Shown: one piece after another, positions 57,789 through 64,000 of the stretch
Layout of the letters: each line of letters begins with the position of its first letter
How positions within the stretch are numbered: the stretch's first letter is position 1
NCBI GenBank assembly: GCA_963749675.1
Contig: CAVVNT010000001.1
Span: 633,299-697,298, forward strand
Direction of reading: 5' to 3'
From: an uncultured Alphaproteobacteria bacterium
GTDB lineage: Bacteria > Pseudomonadota > Alphaproteobacteria > Rhodobacterales > Rhodobacteraceae
Length of the DNA: 64,000 bases
Made by a program: the position numbers and the translations under genes
The notes under the pieces: model-generated
Database searches by the model: none
The model's input: the letters and a program-made list of their open reading frames with translations, nothing else
Told to the model about the DNA's origin: nothing

Positions 57789-58391
57789 GTGACACTCTGG
57801 AAGATCGCCGCCTGCGCAACCGTCGTTGGAGTCGTCTCCGCCCCGTTGCATGCAGCCTTCGGCAGTGACCCCGACTGGCCTTGCGTGCAGCGAAGGGTGG
57901 ACCACCTCTCGCTCGCCGTCATGTGGCCCGAGCCCGTGCCCGAGGAGGCGGAGCCGCTCGACGAAGACTGGCTGGAGGTCGCCGAAGCGATGGCCCTCAG
58001 GCGCGTTTCCATCGACGAGGTGGAGGCGATGATTGACGCGGTTGCGGCGCAGCGGGACGTCGACCCCGCGACTTACGGGCGCGTCTTCTCCGCTGCGTTC
58101 GAACGGATCGATCGCAGGCGGACCCGCGTCGTGCAGGGCATCGTGCGGTACGCGCGCGGCCAAGCCGAGCTGGCACGGGAGATCGACGCATTGCGTGCCG
58201 AGTTCAAATCGCTCGAGGGGTCGGACGAGCCTGACTTCGACAGGCTCGACGCGCTCGAGGCCGAGATAGACTGGCGTGAACGGGTCTTCCAGGATCGGAA
58301 TTCTGCGCTGACCTACGTCTGCGAGACCCCCGTCCTGCTCGAGCGCCGGGCCTACGAGATCGCGCAGCGGCTGCTGGCGAGGATCGACTAG
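57789..58391 (+). CDS. Exported hypothetical protein (DPDWPCVQR motif), a type I recall from PQQ/xox dehydrogenase clusters
   Basis: Signal peptide; DPDWPCVQRRV; YVCETPVLLERR. Confidence 0.75.
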   Translation: MTLWKIAACATVVGVVSAPLHAAFGSDPDWPCVQRRVDHLSLAVMWPEPVPEEAEPLDEDWLEVAEAMALRRVSIDEVEAMIDAVAAQRDVDPATYGRVFSAAFERIDRRRTRVVQGIVRYARGQAELAREIDALRAEFKSLEGSDEPDFDRLDALEAEIDWRERVFQDRNSALTYVCETPVLLERRAYEIAQRLLARID

Positions 58392-58392
58392 C

Positions 58393-59424
58393 TCATTCCC
58401 ATTCGAGCTCGGTATAGGCGACGGTCGCGTTGCGCGGATTGTAGAGATCGAAGAGATCCCAGTTTCCTGCCTCTGACTGCGCGACGGTTTCCGTCGCCTC
58501 AGATAGCGATAGCCCCTCATCGAGCGCCTCGCGCGTATCGCGCGCCAGCACGTCCAGATAGCGTCGCAGAGGGGCCCCGCCCTCCGGCCAAGGGAGCCAC
58601 GGCGCACCGTGGCCCGGCACGACGCGCCCGGGACCTGAGACATCGATCCTGTCGAGCGCCGACTGCCAGCCGACGAGCGACCCGTCCAGTGCGGGGGCGT
58701 GGCGGTCGAATACCAGATCTCCCGCCATGAGTGTATTCGTTACCGTGTCCTCAACCGTCACATCGGTATGCGTGTGGGCGGTCGGCCATTCCAGAAGGCG
58801 AAGCGTGCGCCCGCCGAGGTCGAGGTTCAGTTCGCCCTCCACCAGCCGCGCCGGTTCCGGCGTCTCCGTTCCAAGGAACGCCCGACCGAGGAGCCGTTCG
58901 AAGGACACCTCGTAATTTTCGGCTCGCGCGGCGAGCGCTTGCGGCAGGGCGCGGTGCCCTACGATCTCGGCCCCCGCGTCGGCGAGGGCCGTCGCCCCGA
59001 AGACATGATCGGGGTGCATGTGAGTCAGGATCACGTATGCAATCGGCAGGTCCGTAATAGACCTGACCGTCGCCACGACCCTCTCGCCCATGGCTCGAGA
59101 ACCGCCGGCATCGACGACCGCCGCACGATCCTCGCCGACGATGATCCCGAGGTTCGATACGCCGCCACTATTGCCCGTAGACGGCTCCGCGATTTCACCC
59201 GCATGGACGTAGAGCCCGGGTGCGACCTCGGTGACGTCGAGCGGTGTGTCTTTGGGCGGTGCGCATCGGACATCGCCGATGGCGTGTTCGGCTCTCCATG
59301 ACTCGAGGCGCGGGGCCGCCGCGGCCATCGCCGCGACGCAATCGACGGCGCCCACCTGCACGGCACGCTCCGCGCAGGTCTCGGGCGAGGACAAGAGGCA
59401 TATCGTGGCCAGCACGTCGATCAT
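58393..59424 (-). CDS. MBL-fold zinc metallohydrolase, SoxH-like quinoprotein-relay type
   Basis: THMHPDHVFG; AHT.TD; AGDLVF; VVPGHG; C-terminal YTELEWE. Confidence 0.85.
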   Translation of the reverse strand: MIDVLATICLLSSPETCAERAVQVGAVDCVAAMAAAAPRLESWRAEHAIGDVRCAPPKDTPLDVTEVAPGLYVHAGEIAEPSTGNSGGVSNLGIIVGEDRAAVVDAGGSRAMGERVVATVRSITDLPIAYVILTHMHPDHVFGATALADAGAEIVGHRALPQALAARAENYEVSFERLLGRAFLGTETPEPARLVEGELNLDLGGRTLRLLEWPTAHTHTDVTVEDTVTNTLMAGDLVFDRHAPALDGSLVGWQSALDRIDVSGPGRVVPGHGAPWLPWPEGGAPLRRYLDVLARDTREALDEGLSLSEATETVAQSEAGNWDLFDLYNPRNATVAYTELEWE

Positions 59425-59596
59425 GTCTCAGTGCCATAACACCAAGATGTCGCGTGGACCATGACGTCCCCGGCAAACGCGTTCGACGTGCTATGAAAGT
59501 CCAGCATCACGGCGCCGGCCCGTCCCGGAGCCTGTCGAAAGACCGACCGTCCCCGTAGGCGCAGTTCGCCTCTTGCGGGATCTGAACGACTAGACG

Positions 59597-60356
59597 CTAT
59601 CGGGCGAACGCTTCCGGCGCCGTCAGCGGCCCCTCGGCGCGGCCCTCGACGAATTGCCTGAGGGCCGGATCGGAGGCGGTCGCCACGTCTTGCGCCGACC
59701 CCACCCATCCCAGTTGCCCGCCGTGGAGCATGCCGACCCGGTCCGCCACCTGTGAGACGGTCGTCATGTCGTGTGTGATCGTCATCGTCGTCGCGCCCAT
59801 CTCGACGACGACCTCGCGGATCAGCTCGTTGATCACGCGGGCCATTATTGGATCGAGACCCGCCGTCGGCTCGTCGAAGAAGATCACGTGCGGGTCGGCC
59901 GCGATCGCCCTAGCGAGGCCCACGCGCTTCTGCATGCCACCCGACAGCTCGGCGGGATAGAGGTCGCCGACGTCCCCGCCCAGCCCGACGCGGGCCAGTT
60001 TCTCGACGGCAACCTGTCGTGCGCGACTTCGCGTCAGCCGCTTGCGTCCCCTCAGCAAGCGGAACGCGACGTTTTGCCAGACGCGGCATCGAGTCGAAGA
60101 GCGCGGCACCCTGAAAGAGTACGCCGATGTCGGCCAGGAAAGCCTCGCGCTCCCGCCCGAGCGGATCGCGGCCGTCCACCCGGACGGTCCCGCCGTCAGG
60201 CCGGACGAGCCCCATGATCGAGCGGAGGAGCACCGACTTTCCGGCGCCGGAACCGCCAATGACGACGAAGCTCTCACCGCGCGCGACATCCAGGTCGATA
60301 CCCTTAAGGACGGCGTTGCCCTCGAATGACTTGGACAGGCCGCGAACCTCGATCAT
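59597..60356 (-). CDS. mlaF: MlaF/Ttg2A ABC ATPase (apparent +1 frameshift at ~60084)
   Basis: GGSGAGKS; FQGAALFDSM|VWQNVAF; LSGGMQKR; DEPTAGLDP. Confidence 0.88.
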
Positions 60357-61126
60357 GCCGAGAAGAAGACCTCGGTCAGCAGGTAGTTCGACGCGAGGAT
60401 CAGCACCGAGGACGAGACGACGGCGCGGGTCGTGGCCCGGCCGACGCCGCGCGCGCCACGTTCGGAGTTCATGCCGTGATAGCATCCCATCAGCGCCACG
60501 ATGAAGCCGAACACCGCGGCCTTGACGAGGCCGGAGACGACGTCGCCGGTCTCTAGGAAGTCGATCGTGTTCTGCATGTAGGCCGCGGCGTTGAAGTCGA
60601 GCCGCGTGGTTCCGACCAGCCATCCCCCCATCACGCCGATGACGTCGCCGACGCCTGCCAGAACCGGCAGGGTGAGCGTCGCTGCGAGGACGCGGGGCAC
60701 GGTGAGGTACTTCATCGGATCGGTCGAGAGGGTCACCAGCGCGTCGATCTGCTCGGTCACGCGCATGGTGCCGATCTCGGCGGCAATGGCGGCGGCAACC
60801 CGGCCGGCGACCATCAGCCCCGTGAGCACCGGCCCCAGCTCGCGCACCATGCCGATCGCCACGATGGAAGGAACCGCCAACTCCGCGTTGAAGCGCGAGC
60901 CGCCCGCGTAGATCTGAAGCGCCAGCGCCCCGCCGGTGAAGAGTGTCGTCAGCGCGACCACGGGCAGGCTGAACCACCCGATGGCGAGGATCTGCTGACC
61001 GAGCTCGCGTAGAAAGAACGGCGGTCGCAGAAGGTGCGAGAGCGTCGACAGCGCGAAGAGCGCGATCCGCCCGATCCCGGCGAGCAGGCGCAGCGTGGCG
61101 TCGCCCAGCAGGACAAGCGGCTTCAT
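60353..61126 (-). CDS. mlaE: MlaE ABC permease
   Basis: [10 protein letters not shown]; [15 protein letters not shown]; GVGRATT. Confidence 0.95.
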   Translation of the reverse strand: MKPLVLLGDATLRLLAGIGRIALFALSTLSHLLRPPFFLRELGQQILAIGWFSLPVVALTTLFTGGALALQIYAGGSRFNAELAVPSIVAIGMVRELGPVLTGLMVAGRVAAAIAAEIGTMRVTEQIDALVTLSTDPMKYLTVPRVLAATLTLPVLAGVGDVIGVMGGWLVGTTRLDFNAAAYMQNTIDFLETGDVVSGLVKAAVFGFIVALMGCYHGMNSERGARGVGRATTRAVVSSSVLILASNYLLTEVFFSA

Positions 61127-62157
61127 CCGCCGACGTAGCGGCGACGGTACCGGCGCCCCAGCGAGGTAAGTATCTCGTACCCGATCGTGCCTGCGGCCTC
61201 GGCCACGTCGTCGACCCTCTGCTGCGGCCCGAGGATGTCGAGGGTGTCGGGCACCTCGTCCAGATGGGAAACGTCGACGGTCAGAAGGTCCATCGACACC
61301 CGCCCGACGAGCGGGCAGGGCACGTAGCCGGCCCAGACTTGCGCCCGGTTGCCCATCGCCCGGATCAGGCCGTCGGCATAGCCGGCCTGCAGCGTCGCGG
61401 TGCGTGTCGGCGCTTCGGCCGTCCAGGTCGCGCCGTAGCCCACGACCTCGCCCGCCGCGACGTCGCGCACCTGGATCACCGGCAGAGAGAGCCGAACGAC
61501 CGGCTTCGCCTCGGCGAAGGGAAGCCCGCCATACAGGCCGACACCGGGGCGGGTCAGGTCGAACTGCCAGTCAGGGCCCAGCAGGATCCCGCCCGTCGCC
61601 GCCAGCGACCGCGGCGCGGTCACACCCTGCGTCATCTCCCGGAAGATCTCGAGCTGCCGCCGGTTCATCGCGTGGTCGGGCTCGTCGGCGCAGGCGAGGT
61701 GGCTCATCACCAGCCGCGGCTCGCGCAGCCCGTCCCGCAGATCCGTCCATTCCGACGGCTCCATCCCAAGCCAATTCATGCCGCTGTCGAGTTGCACGCC
61801 GTAGGGATGGCCCGCGAGATCGGTGCCGTGGCGCCTGGCCTGCTCGGCAGAGTTCAGCAGGGGGACGAGCGCGCTCTCGGCCAGAATCTCGGCGTCGCCG
61901 GTCATATGCCCGCCGAAGATATAGATCGTGGGGCGGCCGCCGAGCGCGGCGCGCACTGCAGCGCCTTCCTCGGCGGTTGCCACGAAGAATGACCGCGCCC
62001 CGGCCTTGGCGAGCGCGCGTGCCACCTGAGCGACACCGAGCCCGTAGCCATCCGCCTTGACCACTGCGCCCGCCTCGGCCCCGGGCGCTGCCGCGGCAAG
62101 GGCACGCCAGTTCGCGGCCAGCGCGTCGAGATCGATTGTCAGCGTTCCGTTGGCCAT
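61123..62157 (-). CDS. alr: Alanine racemase
   Basis: [10 protein letters not shown]; MSHLACAD; GYADG; GRVSMD. Confidence 0.97.
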   Translation of the reverse strand: MANGTLTIDLDALAANWRALAAAAPGAEAGAVVKADGYGLGVAQVARALAKAGARSFFVATAEEGAAVRAALGGRPTIYIFGGHMTGDAEILAESALVPLLNSAEQARRHGTDLAGHPYGVQLDSGMNWLGMEPSEWTDLRDGLREPRLVMSHLACADEPDHAMNRRQLEIFREMTQGVTAPRSLAATGGILLGPDWQFDLTRPGVGLYGGLPFAEAKPVVRLSLPVIQVRDVAAGEVVGYGATWTAEAPTRTATLQAGYADGLIRAMGNRAQVWAGYVPCPLVGRVSMDLLTVDVSHLDEVPDTLDILGPQQRVDDVAEAAGTIGYEILTSLGRRYRRRYVGG

Positions 62158-62205
62158 GCCGCGCTTTTCAGCGTGCGCCGAGGCTGGGTCAAGCCCGTGC
62201 TGCGA

Positions 62206-62919
62206 TCAAGTCCGTGCGCGAAAGCGCCATGCCAATGCGAGAAGGGCGATAGCCCCGCAGCCGGCGATCACGCTGACGAGGGGCTGCGCCAGGCCGTTGC
62301 TCGCGACGATGCCGAGCAGTGCCCAGGCGATCGCGACGGCGTAGAACATCTCTCGCCGCAGCCCCAGGATCGCCGCCGCGAGCGCCAGCGCCCAGACGAG
62401 AGCCGCGACCGCCGCGGTCACCGGCCCGGTGAGATCCCAGCCGCCCAGGAGCAGTCCCACGGACACACCTGTCGCAGCGGTCAGCCACCCCGCGAAGAGG
62501 CCGATCGGGGCAAGCGCTAGCAGCCGGTCCTCGTCCGGCGCCCGGAGGAAGGCGAGGACCGCGGCGGCGAGCATGATCGCGAGCAGAGCCGTCGCCGCCA
62601 CCGGGCTTCGCTGCGCCACCGGCAGCCAGGCGGCCCCGACGCCGAGGGCGACGATCATCGGCAATCGGGTTTTGTCCCAGTGCGGGTCGGTGTCGCGCCG
62701 CAGCAGGCCAAAGCCGGCATGTGCGAGAAGCCACAGATAGATCACGCCCCAGATCGAGAACGCCCAGCCGGCGGGCTGGACCGGTGGATCGTCCTGCGGC
62801 ACCGGAAAGGCCGTGGGGTCGAACCCGCCGAAGCCGCCGGTCGCGAAAGGTGCCGCGGCAAACGCGATTGCCGCCGCCAAGACCACGATCGCGCGTCCGC
62901 GCGCTCCGTCGGCGGTCAT
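62206..62919 (-). CDS. TspO-like multi-pass membrane protein
   Basis: [14 protein letters not shown]; AGWLTAA; about seven hydrophobic segments. Confidence 0.75.
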   Translation of the reverse strand: MTADGARGRAIVVLAAAIAFAAAPFATGGFGGFDPTAFPVPQDDPPVQPAGWAFSIWGVIYLWLLAHAGFGLLRRDTDPHWDKTRLPMIVALGVGAAWLPVAQRSPVAATALLAIMLAAAVLAFLRAPDEDRLLALAPIGLFAGWLTAATGVSVGLLLGGWDLTGPVTAAVAALVWALALAAAILGLRREMFYAVAIAWALLGIVASNGLAQPLVSVIAGCGAIALLALAWRFRART

Positions 62920-64000
62920 TCCAGAACGCCCTCCGCCGTGATCCGGCTCCTGCCGCCGAGGAACGGGTGCAGCGCCTGCGGCAAAGTGACCGAGCCATCC
63001 TCCCGCTGCCCGTTCTCCAGGACCGCGATCAGCGTCCGGCCGACGGCGAGCCCGGAGCCGTTGAGAGTGTGGACGAACTCGGGCTTCCCTCCACCCGAGG
63101 GGCGATAGCGTGCGTTCATTCGTCGCGCCTGCCAGTCGCCGCAGTAGCTGACCGAGCTGATCTCGCGATACTTATCCTGCCCGGGCAGCCAGACCTCGAT
63201 GTCGTGGGTGATCCGCGCGCCGCCTCCAATGTCGCCGGTGCACAGGACGACCGTGCGGTAGGCAAGGCCCAGCCGGTCGAGGATGCCCTCGGCGCATTTC
63301 GTCATCCGCTCGTGCTCCTCCAGCCCGCGGTCGGGATGGACGACCGAGACCATCTCGACCTTCTCGAACTGGTGCTGGCGGAGCATCCCGGCGGTGTCCT
63401 TGCCGGCGCTGCCGGCCTCGGAACGGAAACACTGGGTGTGCGCGCAGTAGCGGCGGGGCAGGTAGTCCTCGTCGAGGATGTGGCCGGCGGCGATGTTGGT
63501 CAGCGTGACCTCGGCCGTCGGAATCAGCCACATGCCCTCGCGCGTCTGATAGCTGTCCTCGCCGAACTTGGGCAGCTGACCGGTGCCGTACATCGCGTCG
63601 TCGCGCACCAGCACGGGCGTCCAGGTCTCCGTCAGCCCGTTCTCGGCGGTATGCACCTCCAGCATGAACTGCGCGAGCGCCCGCTGCAGCCGCGCGATCG
63701 CGCCGGAGAGAACCACGAAGCGGCTGCCGGACAGCTTGGCCGCACTCTCGAAGTCCATGCCCTGCTGCGCCGCCGCGAGCTGATAGTGCTCGCGAGGCGC
63801 GAACTCGAACTGCGGCGGCTCCCCGACCCGCCGGATCTCGACGTTGTCATCCTCGTCTGCGCCGTCGGGCACCTGCGGCAGCGGCAGGTTCGGCAGGCGC
63901 AGCATCTCGTCTCTCAGCGTCGCGTCTGCCCGCCGCGCCGCCTCCTCCAGCGCGGTGATCTCGTCCTTCTTCGCGGCGACAAGGGCGCGCAGCCGCTCGA
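62916..64000 (-). CDS. serS: Seryl-tRNA synthetase (5' end outside the window)
   Basis: LIPTAEV; FRSEAGSAG; HQFEKVE; EISS; [12 protein letters not shown]. Confidence 0.98.
   Translation of the reverse strand, partial: ERLRALVAAKKDEITALEEAARRADATLRDEMLRLPNLPLPQVPDGADEDDNVEIRRVGEPPQFEFAPREHYQLAAAQQGMDFESAAKLSGSRFVVLSGAIARLQRALAQFMLEVHTAENGLTETWTPVLVRDDAMYGTGQLPKFGEDSYQTREGMWLIPTAEVTLTNIAAGHILDEDYLPRRYCAHTQCFRSEAGSAGKDTAGMLRQHQFEKVEMVSVVHPDRGLEEHERMTKCAEGILDRLGLAYRTVVLCTGDIGGGARITHDIEVWLPGQDKYREISSVSYCGDWQARRMNARYRPSGGGKPEFVHTLNGSGLAVGRTLIAVLENGQREDGSVTLPQALHPFLGGRSRITAEGVLE

Noticed and set aside
61765-61780. Alanine racemase with Trp replacing the conserved Arg (GMNW) as a novel variant
   Set aside because: A single C>T at a GANTC site, matching the window-wide error pattern.

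Overview
GC-rich alphaproteobacterial (Rhodobacteraceae-like) chromosome segment. 1-26402 holds the str/S10/spc/alpha ribosomal cluster (rpsL to rplQ). It is split between rpmD and rplO by a 7.7-kb nest of mobile elements inside one IS66 bounded by an 8-bp target duplication. Next come luxR-luxI, rarA-crcB-RluA-family-HAD-ATP12, a second IS graveyard (32048-40245) ending in a tRNA-Thr 3' fragment, a transglutaminase/ATP-grasp/amidoligase operon, and the serS-alr-mlaE-mlaF...radA-cvpA-purF-SDR block with an inserted ScfR-regulator/aminotransferase/PQQ-associated region. The main finding is a large-serine-recombinase (LSR) element present as two partial copies. Its two ends carry an 11-bp inverted repeat and join two different IS66 tnpC genes at the same codon. 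Its accessory gene has no start codon in the integrated state. Joining the ends into a circle supplies an RBS and in-frame ATG, and that gene's stop overlaps the recombinase start. Also noted: a conserved fourth IS66 gene, related 41-45-bp palindromic scars in transposition genes, and indels/substitutions concentrated at GANTC sites (probably methylation-related sequencing errors). All calls were made by eye, without database searches.
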